From assembly GCA_965637545.1 (NCBI GenBank), contig OZ281498.1:27838001-27902000 (forward strand): a stretch of DNA of 64,000 nt. The letters are read 5' to 3'. Below are positions 11,201 to 23,501 of the stretch, one piece after another; positions within the stretch are counted from its first letter, which is position 1, and every line of letters begins with the position of its first letter. Below the pieces are notes generated by a model. It did no database searches. It was given only the letters and a program-made list of their open reading frames with translations, and was not told the origin of the DNA. Made by a program: the position numbers and the translations under genes. This stretch comes from Phallusia mammillata. Its lineage: Eukaryota.

Positions 11201-13655
11201 TATTATCTTCGCCCAAACGAGGGACATCGCAACTTCACTGGTGACTTGTCTCCTTGAGTCACAACCGCTCATGGGATTTAATCTCAATCCTGATTATTTG
11301 ACAGGATCCGGCGCAAAAAACTCCCAGGGAGGTAAAATGCTTTGATTCAATGATTTTGTTTTAAACTCACTGTTTAAGACAAAATTGCTGTTTGATATGC
11401 TTGAAGACAGTGGTGGGATTTAAATTTTTTGTCAGCCGGTTCTATCACAAAAGTCATATTTTTCAGCCGGTTCTGTTACAAAAAGTCCATTGACTGTAAC
11501 CAGTAATGACAACCGGTTTGCTGATCTCATAAAATTTCATGAAAAGTTAACATAGAACTGGTGAGAACCGGCTGAATCCCACCACTGGTTGAAGACCATA
11601 GATTTTTATGTTAATTGTGAAATTAAACCATAGTTTTGTCCACGCAACAAATGTTTTTACTGTAAATTGACGACTACCTAAGGACCCAAGTAAAAGTTGT
11701 GTATAGTTTTTGGGGTAAAACGGTCAACCTAAAAGGTCATATTTTGTTTAAGGTCTTACCAAGCCTCTACAAGATGACAAACTGAAAAGATTCAGAGATG
11801 GGAAAAGCAAAGTGATGATTGCAACTTCGATTGCTGATGAAGGGATTGATATTAAAGAATGCAATCTTGTGATCACATACAACCATTGCAGCAGTGAAAT
11901 TGCACAAGTGCAAAGAAAAGGTGCTAATACATGGTAGTTTTGTTTGATACAACAAGTTGTTTGTATACACCTGTACTGTTCGTTTGTAAGGAACTTGTCA
12001 CTGAGCGACACAAAAACAGAACAGCATGCAAAATAAACGGTTGCATGTTACTTTCTTTATTATTAAACTTGGACACTAAAACATAAATTGAGTGATTGAT
12101 TGATTGATCACAATTTGTGCTGTATTCACAAACAACACCAACAAGCATACTATATTGACAAAACAATCCAATACCTCTCACTAACTCAAGTAACTGACAA
12201 GTTGCATAAAGTTGAATTCCCTAAACATGTTGTTGTGGATTGAACCAGTTTTCCAATCAGTGCTTGGCCTGAACGGGATTAAAAACTAACATTATTGCTG
12301 ACATTTTTATTGTCTTCCATCCCCAGGGCGTGGTCGAGCTAAGCAGAGCAAAATGTTCATTCTCGCTTATAGTGATCATCACTATATTGAACGAGAGCGT
12401 CTGAACAGGGACAGAAATGAACTGACTCGTCTAACCCTTGAATATCTCCAAACTATGGATCGTACAAAAATCCTGTCAGAGGTATGAAGCAGGAATAAAT
12501 TGTTGAATAAATTGACTCAAAAAATAAAACAAGCTTTATAACTTTAGGGTTTCAATGATTTAACTTGTATTTATAATTTAACAGATTGAGAAAATCCAGA
12601 AGAATTCAAAGGTTGATATTCCCACCACTAGTGGACTGCAGAGATCTGATGAAATTTGGAAATTTTCATGCAGTTTGTGTGGAAAAGAAGTGACAACATC
12701 AGATCAGTTCTGTAAAGTGAAAGAGGTGACGCCCTAAATTCTTTTGTTTCAAGCAGACTAAATTATGCTATGTTTAAGCCGTCAAGTTGATCAAATGATT
12801 GCAACCTCCTTGTGATCACAAGGTTCTATCCTATCTTGGTCACTTGTGTTTTCCTGAGCAAAAAACTTAAAAAAAGCGACATTGCTCCAACCCAGTGAAA
12901 CTTTTGGGTTAAACTAAATTAATATCAACTGTTTAAGTCAAAACAAAACCAACTAAAAATCTTTTAACGGACTTGCAATAACAGGCAGTTGAAGGCGGAC
13001 TCAATATAAGCATTAAGGTGTTGAATGACCAAGAATAAAAATCAAACAAACAAATTTGTGTGGCACTTTTCACTGTTGGGCTCCTTCTGTAAAAGTTTTC
13101 GATGCAAGAATTGACAGTGTCTCTTACATTTTTTGCACAAGAAAACACAGGAAGCAGTTTGACCAAGTAATATAAATGTAACGCCATAAAGCAGAACACT
13201 ATTGCTGTAGTTTTGTTATGATATTTTATGTTTCACTATATATTTTTAGCATTATGTGTGTGTGGATAAGGAGTTGCCATCTAAAGCATTCAGGGGACCT
13301 TTAAAGACTATAATAAAGTCATCAGAGGAACATGGGAATGGGAAATTACTGTGCGGCAAAATAACCTGCAGGTTGGTCGCCATTTGTAAGTAGAAAAGTC
13401 AAAATGTAGAAATCAGTTTGTTGCATTCACAGACAAGAGTGGGGATCGCAAATGATCTACAAAAATCATCTGATTTATGCTTTGGTGATTAGAAACTTTG
13501 TCCTGAGTAATGGCAAAGTGACAAAGGTGGCAAAGAAGTGGAAAGATGCTCCATTCCAAGTGGAAACATCTTACGATGACCTCATCAACTCGCAGGGGTT
13601 GGATGTTGAGTTGGATGAAGACACAGATGAAGATATCTATGAGTTTGAGTTTTAA
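2288..13655 (+). CDS. DDX58-like: RLR gene B: 3xCARD - linker - DExH helicase - Zn-binding CTD (chimeric, see findings)
   Basis: ATG 2288; CARD exons 2288-2414, 2743-2862, 3145-3313, 3375-3532, 3601-3733, 3802-3965. Helicase motifs across later exons: [40 protein letters not shown] (exon from 7562), GLTASPG, RCIIFAQTR, TSIADEGIDI, QRKGRGR. CTD CSLC...CGKITC and KKWKDAPF; stop at 13655. Splice phases join without frameshift. Confidence 0.94.
5140..5360. mobile_element. MITE-like foldback element, ~65-bp terminal inverted repeats (paralogous copy ~27013-27232)
   Basis: TGCAGACAGTGCACTCTGTTTCAACCTATAAGG... versus ...CCTTATAGGTTGAAACAGAGTGCACTGTCTGCA; no TSD identified. Confidence 0.65.
6801..6915 (+). 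mobile_element. Degenerate copy of the hammerhead element (paralog ~28706-28815; others ~5963-6050, ~15063-15142, ~31781-31850)
   Basis: TATTGCTGTCAGGCATAAT end, CATGAAGGC...AGGACGTCGAAACGT core remnant, flanking inverted repeat GAGTATTGCTCAT/ATGAGCAATACTC. Confidence 0.6.
7193..7244 (+). pseudogene. Truncated D-type DECH exon remnant in an intron of gene B
   Basis: Intact acceptor TTTTCCAG at 7185-7192, reads [16 protein letters not shown] then TGA (7242-7244); the homologous D exon reads [19 protein letters not shown]. Confidence 0.85.
7790..8745. repeat. Unclassified interspersed repeat with internal tandem duplication (possibly Helitron-like)
   Basis: Repeated blocks (ACAGATGGTAGAT.TAGGTATGTAGAT, CCCCGCTAGCCCCC, GGAATTGGCT.AAATTTGG); 3' hairpin GTTTCTG-CCTG-CAGAAAC followed by AACTAA. 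Class is a guess. Confidence 0.4.
9009..9479. mobile_element. Non-autonomous hAT (Charlie-like) element
   Basis: Ends CAGTGGTTCCCAACC...GGTTGAAGAGCACTG; perfect 8-bp TSD CTTTAAAG (9001-9008, 9480-9487). Confidence 0.85.
10384..10594 (+). mobile_element. hAT-type MITE, CAGTGGTGGGATTC family
   Basis: TIR (T)AGTGGTGGGATTC...GAATCCCACCACTG; 8-bp TSD GATATATG on both sides. Confidence 0.88.
11408..11587 (-). mobile_element. hAT-type MITE, CAGTGGTGGGATTC family (reverse orientation)
   Basis: Same TIRs; TSD CTTGAAGA / GTTGAAGA (7 of 8). Confidence 0.85.
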
Positions 13656-13703
13656 AAGTTATCTTCTGTTTATTTGCTTTATACTTTAATATAATGTTTA
13701 TAT

Positions 13704-13885
13704 TCATAGCACACCAGGCCCATTAAAGGTGTTGTCCCGAATCAGCCAGTCACCAAGCATTTACCACCATATGGCATTCAGTATAACACCTTCAATAGGC
13801 CTGGTGTACTATGATTTCTATATAAGTGTGTTGTGATCGCTGGTCTGCATGGACGCTTCAGGGCTGATCCCAGTTATTCATCTAT
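13704..13885. repeat. Hairpin-forming interspersed repeat in the 3' UTR of B (related pieces ~7450-7505, ~17155-17180, ~53765-53830, ~63915-63980)
   Basis: 32-bp inverted arms 13704-13735 / 13783-13814; shared motif GATCGCTGGTCTGCATGGACGCTTCAGGGCTGATCCC. Confidence 0.7.
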
Positions 13886-14731
13886 GTCTTAATGTTTATA
13901 TTGTGCTTCTTTCTTTCACTGTTTCTTCTTAAAAATCTTTTCATGTAAATACTTTACTAACCTAGATTGAGTGCTGATCTTTTAATGCAACAGTAATAAG
14001 TGTGTTTAACTGTCTTTTGATTATTTTTATTACATAGAATATTAGCAGCATATTGATTTTTGTAAATTTTATTCCGATTTATATTGTATTTTCAATTTTA
14101 GCCAAACATGTTTTAAGTTTCTATGCTTGACACACATTTTAACTTCAAACTATATTGAAATAAACTTTATTTCAAGATTCTTGTGTGTTTTTATGTTATT
14201 TACTTGGAAAGCACATCTATAAGTACTTTGTGCTTTATGTAATGGGTAATAAGGTACGAAATGTGATAACAATAGGTAAGGTATGAAATAAGTTTCAGTT
14301 AAGAGTTAACACCCATTTCCGCTAAACTGTAAGATACTTTTATTTCTGTTAGTGCACGATATATTTACAACACAGCACCACATTAAATGCAATATACATA
14401 GGAGATGGAAAAACAATTACAAGAAAGATTAAAACACAAATTATTAAAGATTTTTTTTTAAACATAGCCATACAAATCTTTCACATATCAGACATTTTTA
14501 ACATTGATTATTTATGAGGACATTCCATTATAATAAACTTTTGTGCTGCAATAGTGGATAAACTAAATCAAATTCTGGTACAAAATTCATCTACACATAA
14601 TATTCTACAAAAACACAAAGAATTAAATGTATAACCTCTTTTTTATTTTTTGTACTCTATTCCCCATTTTGGTGCATATAAAAGCAGTAAAAGTTCAATA
14701 AAAGGAAAAAAAAACACAGAAATAAAGCTGT

Positions 14732-17700
14732 TTAAGATTCAGCTTCATCAGAACTGTGATCGTACAAATAATCATCGAACGATTTTTCCACTTTTGAAGG
14801 AGCAAGACACCATTTCTTTGGCAATTCCCTTTTTTCACCCTTCTCAAAAATAAAGTTCTTGGCTGAAACTATTTGATGTTTTCTTTCTTTGTAAATAATT
14901 TCCCTCCCCCATGGACGCCTGTGAAAATAAAACTGTTAAAAGTTGTATTTAGCTCTCTCAAGCAACTATGGATATTTGTACAAAGGTAAAAAGAACTTTA
15001 AAAAAAAATTAAACGTTACATGTAGATGCTAAAATTTACAGTACGATGAAGTAACCTACCTAATGTTTGTAGAGCTCTTCAGGCAAATTTTACTTTTGTT
15101 AGTAGAGCTCAACAAACTTGATATCATGCCTGGCAGCAATAACTTTTTTATGTAACCTACATTAGTTCTTTATTTAAAATCACCAGAAGTTAAGTACACA
15201 AAGTATTTTTGAGAAAACCTGACCTACAATACAATGAAGTGACCTATGTAGGTACTGCTGTACAGCATTCAGTAAGTAATACTTTATTAATATAATAATA
15301 ATCAGCAGAGGTTTAAGGTTAATATGGTAGTAAAACTTACAAAACAATGAAGTAACCTACAGTAGTGTTCAGAAAGACTTTGAAAATAACAACCTTAAAA
15401 ATTATATTTAGGTTTCTCAAGCAATTGTAAATATTTGTACAAAAGTAAAAGCAACTGAATAGAAAATAAAACTCAATTGTTTTGTTTTTTAAACTTACAG
15501 TACAATGAAGTAACCTACAGTAGTCAGTAAGAAAGACTTAACAATTGTAATAACAACCAGCAGAAGTTTGAAGTACTATTGAGTAAAACCTAACCTGCAT
15601 ACTGGCTTCTTGCATTTGACATCACCAACTGCTCGAAGGTCGTCGAACATTTCCACTTCATCGTAAGGAATTACTTCAAACTTTCCATGGAACTCATCAT
15701 CCACAACAACATGATGCTGACAACAATGCAAAGGTTAGTGTGTGATTGCAATAATCATAACACAGTTTGTCATACAAGTCATAAATGATTATGTTTGTTA
15801 TAACATGCTTTTTAATGAAGCTTTTTACCCACAAGAAAGGTGAACCTTTGTTAAAACTAATATAGCAATTTCTACTGTATCAATCTCCCAGCCAAACACC
15901 TACATATGTTAGTATTTAGTTTAATAGTTTGTTTCTGGTCATTGCTGAAGTTAGTCGCTGGCTAAAGAAGGTTAGCTCAATGCTAAATTAGTGAAATGCA
16001 TAAATTGTTGAGTTTGTTTTGTTTAGTGCAAAAACATAGAGGCACAATAGCACTGAAACAATCACCAAACCAGAATTAGCTGCATCATGTTGTAATGTTG
16101 TCAAACACAAAACAGTGAAGGACACTACTGGTGGATAAGAACTAAATGCGCTGCAGCTGTATCATAATATAAAGCGATACACAATTAAATTCTGAGAAAT
16201 TGACGTTGATGAATTGAGGTGCGGTAAATTCATACTCAATGTTAAACCACATTTACTGTGACAGCATAAGTAAATAAAGTCACGTTTATTCAACTTACTG
16301 CATCTTTGATCTTCCAAATGTGTTCAGAGCTTGTAACATATTCACCACATTTCTTGCACAAAAGAATCCACACTCCACCAACATGTTGTCGGGTAACTGT
16401 CGAAAGTTTCAATGCTTCCTCACTTTGAAGTTTTCTCACCTTCACACATTCACACAAACATTATTACTACTGTGAACTCGGGTTTAACTGAATTCAGTTA
16501 ATCCAGTTCTTCGCCTAGTTCGGATAAACTTGAGGTACAAATGATTTGTAATGTGGTAATGCTTTAACAAATCAACATCGGTTAATCCGGATCTTCGCCA
16601 AATCCGGACATTTTTTGGGGTCCAAACAGGTCCAGATTAACCAAGGTTTACTCTATTTTAAGCTCAAAGCAGCAGTTACTTGTTTCATAAATGGCAAATA
16701 AATACCCATAGTGGTTTGCAATAAGTTAAGATGCAACAGACTTTGTGCACTAAATATGTGGTATGTACAATCATTGTTTTTTCAAGCTCAAACCAAAAGT
16801 TACCTGTTTCATGAAGTTTTCTTTGTCTTCATGTTTAAATATTTCCAAACTCTGCTTCACAAGTTCCTGTCTCTTTTTGTTAAGTTTATGATCTGTGAGA
16901 AACTTTGAATCTTCGTAACAGAGCACAACCATCTGACTGTCGCGAGCTCGGCCACGTCCTGATAGTAAACACACAAACTTATTCTGTGGATTTGAAATTA
17001 ACGTTCAAACAAGATACATGTATTTATCTGCAGCCATAATTACATGTTTTACAAGTTTATCAATGATTTAAATTTCAACTTTTATTTATTGATAAACTCA
17101 GCCCATTAAACTTGTTCGATTAGTATATGAGTGTGACATAATTTGTTTTCTACATAAACGCTTCAGGGCTGATCGCAGTAACAGACACTGGGTTATATTT
17201 GTTGATCAAATGGTCAAACCAGTGATCCCCCTAATACAAAGCTGACATGTGCAGCATACGAGGCAGGCAATGGTGCTTGTGGTTTGACTTTCGGCAAGCT
17301 TTAGTTTTTAGTTTGTGTAGCTCAGTAGTTAGACCAAAAAGGCTCCTGTCATTGATCGAATCCCACCAGGGGCTAGATTTTTCTCACTTATGCCTTGTGA
17401 ATCGCCTGGTACAGGCTAGAATTGTGTTTTGGGTAATGAAATGCTCAGACAACACATTACCTTTGCGTTGAACCTCGGTGATTTCATTAGTTGCGTGATT
17501 GTAAGTAACGACAAGATTGCAAGCTTTAATGTCAATCCCCTCATCGGCAATGGTTGTGGATGCAATCACTTTGCTGTCACCTTTTCTAAATGAGCTCAGA
17601 CATGAGTCCTGCTGGTTCTTTGTCAAACCTAACAACAAATAGGATTTACATGTGCATGATCCAGTATCTCTGAGACCTAATAACTTGGCTTGTTTTCATA

Positions 17701-20700
17701 GACTTTAAAAGACTCGTGAATATACATCAACTACAAATTGACTGGAGTATGTCACAAACATAACAGCCACATAATGCTTGTAGTAATGGTTTAGCTGTAG
17801 CACGTTTACCATCCACCAATTGCGACCTCAACGTTGTGATACTTAATAATGCCCTTTTGTAAATGTCCTTTAAAATTAAATGTATTTTGTACTAATATGC
17901 TTTGTTTCAAAAGGCCAAATCAACTTAACAAACTTTGTGAAGAACCAACATCATTAGCAGAGACTATATTTTAAACTACTTATGTGCAATTCATTTGACA
18001 CATGTGGCAGGAGAGATAGATAAACTTGTTGTTTACCTCCTTCAAGCTTTGAAACTCCTGACCCAGTGAGATAAGTTGCATTCAAGTTGAACCTGTTCAG
18101 TTGTGGAGCTTGGTTGAGACAGTTTGCCAAGTGCATTGCAATCGCACGAGTCTTAACAAACACAATGCAGCGTGAATCTGGCTTCATCATAAAATGATGA
18201 TGCAACAATCGAGTCAGCTCAATAAGTAATGGAGAGCCTTGCGTTGTGACATCACAATTGTGGATTTCTAGTTTTTAAAACAAAAGTATTTAGCTATTTT
18301 AAACAAAGCATATTTTTGATGCAGATTGGAAACAATAAGAGTATTTACAGGTAACAAAGTGTGCAATTTATATAGGAATTCTGGGTTAAAACAAGGCCAT
18401 TCAAACCATACAGTGTTTTGCCTTTTTTTCTTACCACTGTTGTTGTAAAGCTCCTTTAAAGATTTTGTTGTCAGGTTTTCCGAACAGTCTTTGTTCATTT
18501 CCTCATCAATAAAATCGACTGCATTACTTGGTCGCAAATGGTCATTGACCAATAAAGCATCGTTGTACATCTAACAATAAAAGAAATTTTTCAAGGCTGT
18601 AATTTGACCTGAATTGTACACTTGTCCGTTTAATAACCTTTAAACAACTGTCTAAAATAATTTTATTGCAAGAAAAATGTTATTTCACAGTTTGCTTGTA
18701 GTCCTGGTATAATAAAAGATCTGGTGACAATGATGTTAAAGAGGTTGGAATAAAGCAAAACATGTAGATTTATGAATGACTCCTGGTCAACTACTATGGT
18801 CTTATTTAACACACACCACTGGTTTTTATACAAGTCGATGGATTAACCTAAACATGTACTTTACCCGCAAATGGTCAGTCCGAAGTGTAAGTTCCATTCT
18901 CAGCATCTTTGCATGTTTTATTTTGAGCAAAACCTCTTTTCCAAATCCTACAATACTTCCCTCATATGCCTGACTCCCATAAGCTGCATTTATTTTGTAT
19001 TGCAAACCATTTGTGCCTAAAAAAAGTGGTTCAAAAGTAAAAAATCACAATAACATGGTTGAAAATGCCAAACAGTTTCAGTACATACAGTTTTCATTCT
19101 TTTCCAGTTTGTCCTTAATTTGACCTTCAATCTCCATCATAAGTTTAATCAGAATTGCTGCGAATTTGTCTTTTGGATTTCTTTTTACTGGAACAGTCTC
19201 TGTGAATTTACAAATGCAGTTTTACACATACTTGCACTTATCATGACAAAGGGCATTGTTAAAACAATTGTAATTAGAATGTAATCATTATAGTTTTGTT
19301 TTTGATCAAGCTACTTTGTAAATTCCTACCAAAACTTCCTTCTGAAACATATTGAGCGAGTTCTTCTGTGTTTTCTGTAACTGTTACAGGTGGAATGACA
19401 ACATCAAGATAAGAGAGAAGCGTTTGAATGTGACGACAAGCTTCAGACGTCCCACGAGCATTGCCTGAACCGGGAGTCGCAGTCAGTCCGACAATCTAAA
19501 CACAAAGTATAGAAAAATCGACCACATTCGTGAGTAATAACAATTTAACAAATCTAGAAAGGTAGGAGATTCAGTTTGAAATAATGATATTTATGTCAAC
19601 CTGTAATGCCAAGTAAGTGTAATGACATAACAGACCAAAGGAATCAGGGTGGTGACCGACAGATCTGTCTTTACTTATCAAATATACAAAGTACTCAAGA
19701 TGAGGGGGTGTTGTTTACTAGAGTGTTTTGTCCTCTGACCAAATAATTATTGTGGTCTCTGGTCCTACTGTACAGAAAATTCTGGCCAATAACAACATCA
19801 ATGTGACATTTCTTGTAATTAACCAGGCAATTTTCCTAACAAATGACAGACTGTAGTTTGGAATCCTGTGTGCAATGAAACATAATGTGCAATAAACTGG
19901 AATTTCTGTACAACAAAATATTTGTACAGAAAAATATAACAAAATATATTTTGTACAACAAAATATTTGCTCAAAAATTAAATTTACGCCAATTTACTTG
20001 TGGAACTTGACTTCCTTTCCGTTTCTGATCAAAATATATTTCCATGATTGCCCTGTAAGGGTGGTTTTTCATTGTGTTGTGGCATTCATCAAAAAACAAT
20101 AGAGAAATCTTTTCTAGCTGAAAATCTTTAGATCTGAACATAAAAAAACGGATAAATGACGATGCCAACAGTAATTCTTGAAACATTGTGACGCTATATA
20201 CACAAATATGGACTTGCATTTTCCGTGTATTGTGTTCCCAAAAACAACAATGTATTGTGTTTCCCAACGCAGAGAAAGTTTGGTAAAAACTGACCCAAGT
20301 ATTGCAGGTAGAATTCACCTTAAAATGTTCTTCAATACATCATGTGTCATAATCACAACTTTGTTTTCTTTCATTACTTCGGCCACAGGAGTTTTAGCAA
20401 GCTTTTCACCCCACAAACTATCTATTGTGACATCAGCCAATTTAAGATTTCTATGCAAAAAAATGTTATGGATTGCCGAACACATACGAAAACAAACAAA
20501 ATAATGGAAGCTTACTTTTTGAACACATTGAACTGTTGAGTAACTAATGGAACTTTGTGCACCAAAAAAACAACTTTAGCGTCGCTGTTTTTGCTGATGT
20601 GTTCCCGACAGATTCGAACAGCTACAAATGTCTTTCCAGTTCCTTACAATAACAAAAAAATATGTTTGTTGTTCACAAAGCAAAAAAAAACTTGTAGCAG

Positions 20701-23501
20701 TTAGATAGTTAGCCATCCACTTAAAAACAAAAAACTTTTAGACAAATAAACCATTGTTGGAACATAATTATTCCATTGCCTGAAAACAGCAATTTAAACA
20801 TTAAAACAAACTTATTTATTGATGTTTTATGTTTTTGTCACTCTGTACCTGTTTATCATACGTATACATACGTATATTGGTATATGATATGTATAATATA
20901 TATGATACGTATACATATGATATATATTATGCACTTTTTATGGTTAGTTGTTGTAGATTTGTTTGATAAAATTTCACCTTTTTTACCCTTTACCTGTTTC
21001 TGACACAATCACACAGTTGTTTCCTTCCACAGCAGGTTTGGCCAATTCAACTTGAAACTTTAAATCTTTCATCTCAGCGGTTTCAATAATTTCATTATCT
21101 TCATTGCTAAGATTGTTAGGCTCATTTAAATCCTTATCAGCCTCAAGAATGTTCAATTCAATGTTTTCTGTTGATTGTGATTAAGTATAGATTAACTTAA
21201 ACATTTCAAAAAACAAAGTAAATAACTTTTTTAAGTCAAAGGTAACTAGATCTGGGAACATTATCAATGAAAACAAACTATATTGTCTCAAACTATATTG
21301 TCTCAAACTATATTTTTCATTGTTTTGATCCTTACCCTCCATGTTGGGAGCTGGATGTTTCTCGCCTTCTGTCACAGCCTCACTCTCTTCAGTTACAACT
21401 GTAAGTTTTTAAAAAACAATTATTTAAATGTAAAAAAACAAAAAAAAGCAATTTAAATGTTGCTTGTTTCAAATCAACATGCAAAAGTAAAACAAAAACT
21501 TCATGGCAATACAAATCACATAGTCAAATATTCCCTTTTCCCAAACTGATCTTAGGACAATATCAGATAAAACTGCTTTACTTAAAAATATTTTTTTATG
21601 TTGCAACCCTTACTGTCCATGTTTGGAGCTGGACCCTTACCATCCATGTTTGGAGCTGGACCCTTACCATCCATGTTTGGAGCTGGACCCTTACCGTCCA
21701 TGTTTGGAGCTGGACCCTTAACATCCATGTTGGGAGCTGGACCATGCTCATTTTCGGTCACAACTTCACTTTCTTCAATTTCAACTGTAAATAAAAAAAC
21801 ACTAAAAATTAATGCTGACTGTTTAAAATAAACATACTAATGTCAAATAGAAAATTTTTGGAGATGGTAACGAATCACATTGTCAAAAAATCAATTTCTG
21901 AACTATAGCTTATTGTTAAATTTTGGATTAACACAAGAAGAAGTTTAGTGTTGCTATTGGCCAGAATTTTCTGTATTTATTTTCTACAATCTTGCCTTCG
22001 GAAGAATCCATGCTTTCTAGCAATCCAACAACACTGCAATAATCAGTTTGGCAGTCTGTTTGTTTCAATGCAGTTAAAAGTTTTTTGTGCCATTCGCTGT
22101 CACATGCAAATATCTTAAACAACAGGTCTACCCTCTCCTCTCTGCTTGATAATGCTCTTATTGAATTCCTGTAAAACAAATTCCATTTTTGTGTTATACT
22201 GCACAAGACTTTTGCAACAAATAAAACTTTACTTTTTTTCATCGTCAATTTCCAAAAAATCCACCACATCGTTTGGCTCCAGACTTTCAACAATTTTCAG
22301 AAGGTTGTACGAATTTTTATTGCACAAAATAGTTTCATCCTCCATAATTCCTTTTTTTAATAGTTCTAAACAATAATTATGTTTTGGTACACAATTCACA
22401 GTTCTAAATATTCTTAGCAAAAAGACACAAGCCAGTATTTAAGTGTAAAAAATCACAACTTTTTGACAGTTTTTATCGGATTTCATCTGACGATGACAAA
22501 TGAAACTGTTAACACATTGTGATGGTTTACTAGGCTTGTATTGTTTGCTAACAATGATATATATATAATTGATATTTATTCTTGTTTGTTTAGTTTACCA
22601 GAAGTCACCAATCCTACCATTTCCCTCCAGGAAGTCCATAATTTGTTCAGATTCATCTTTTAGTGCTTCTATGAAAAGTGGGATGGATTTTTCCCGTTTA
22701 ACAACCAATTGCAACAAGCGGGATGCCTGTCCGATATCCGTCTTTCTGGACAGAACTTCTTGTCTACAAAAAACAAACTTACAGTAAAATTGCCAGCAAA
22801 AAATATAAGAAAACATGGAAGTATTTTCTACCTGGAAATATCATCCAAAATATCAGGAAAGTGCAACAAAATATCTTTAGCTTTGATTTTTCTAACAATT
22901 ACACAACAATAGACCTCTATTCTGTATTTTAATTCAGCAATATGTTGATTTGTTGAAATGTTTGATCCTTCCACATAAGCCTTTACTTCTGACAAACCTA
23001 AATGGTGCAATGTTGGTAAATTGAAAACAGAAAATAATTTATGCAGCAGATAAGTTTTCATTACCCTCAGGAATTGAATTTAAAAATGATCGAAAAAATC
23101 CTGTCTTCAAATGCTTCAACAAAGAACAGATGATTAAATCAACTTTATTGTTGTCTTCACATCTTATTATTGTATCATAATCACCTAAAATAAAATAGAA
23201 AATTATCAAGCATGAAATCATGTTTTTTTAGAATGCTTTAAACTATTTTAAAATTGGTTGTAAATGCAATGAACAATTTTATACATTATTTTGCAGACAA
23301 ATAACCAGCAGTTATAATTGCAGAGTGGATTGCTGTTCCTGAGATCAACGTGCAAAACGAAAACTTACTTTCTTCAATGACTCCATCCTGCTTCAAACGG
23401 TGAGCAATTCCTTCACAATAATGTGGCTCAATATGGGAAATCAAATAAGGTTTGAAATTTAGCAATGTTTGTTTCTCGTTGTTTCGCCGTTCATCGTCCA
23501 T
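14732..23501 (-). CDS. DDX58-like: RLR gene C: 3xCARD - repeat linker - DExH helicase - Zn-binding CTD
   Basis: ATG 23501; CARD exons 23501-23369, 23184-23065, 22997-22832, 22763-22618, 22365-22233, 22168-21996. Motifs FQVELA, SETGTGKT, HKVPLVTQQ, LLFFDECHN, GLTATPG, RCIVFVKTR, TTIADEGIDI, QRKGRGR. CTD CKKC...CKKPVC and KKWCLAP; TAA at 14734-14732. Confidence 0.94.
16470..16653. mobile_element. Tc1/mariner (pogo/Tigger-like) MITE
   Basis: TA|CTGTGAACTCGGGTTTAA...TTAACCAAGGTTTACTC|TA; related copy at 41379-41512. Confidence 0.65.
17240..17420 (+). mobile_element. tRNA-derived SINE-like repeat (related degenerate copy ~7290-7410)
   Basis: A-box-like TAGCTCAGTAG and B-box-like GATCGAATCCC, then CAGGGGCTAGATTTT; no complete cloverleaf. 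Confidence 0.45.
21614..21745 (-). repeat. Coding minisatellite in the gene C linker: 27-bp unit (GPAPNMDGK), 4 full copies plus 1 partial
   Basis: CTGGACCCTTACCATCCATGTTTGGAG repeats inside exon 21784-21614. Confidence 0.9.

Noticed and set aside
11900-12345. Helicase motif VI QRKGRGR as an inactivating change
   Set aside because: The differing residues are at the variable xx positions of QxxGRxR and are shared by B, C and D.
12770-12900. SINE-like fragment (GTGTTTTCCTGAGCAAAAAACTTAA), also ~30340-30470
   Set aside because: Too degenerate to define boundaries or family by eye.
17320-17380. tRNA gene
   Set aside because: A/B-box-like motifs only, with no acceptor or anticodon stems; better explained as a SINE head.
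21614-21745. Repeat arrays (also 35040-35165) resembling CRISPR
   Set aside because: No unique spacers, no cas genes, and an intron-containing eukaryotic context; they are minisatellites.
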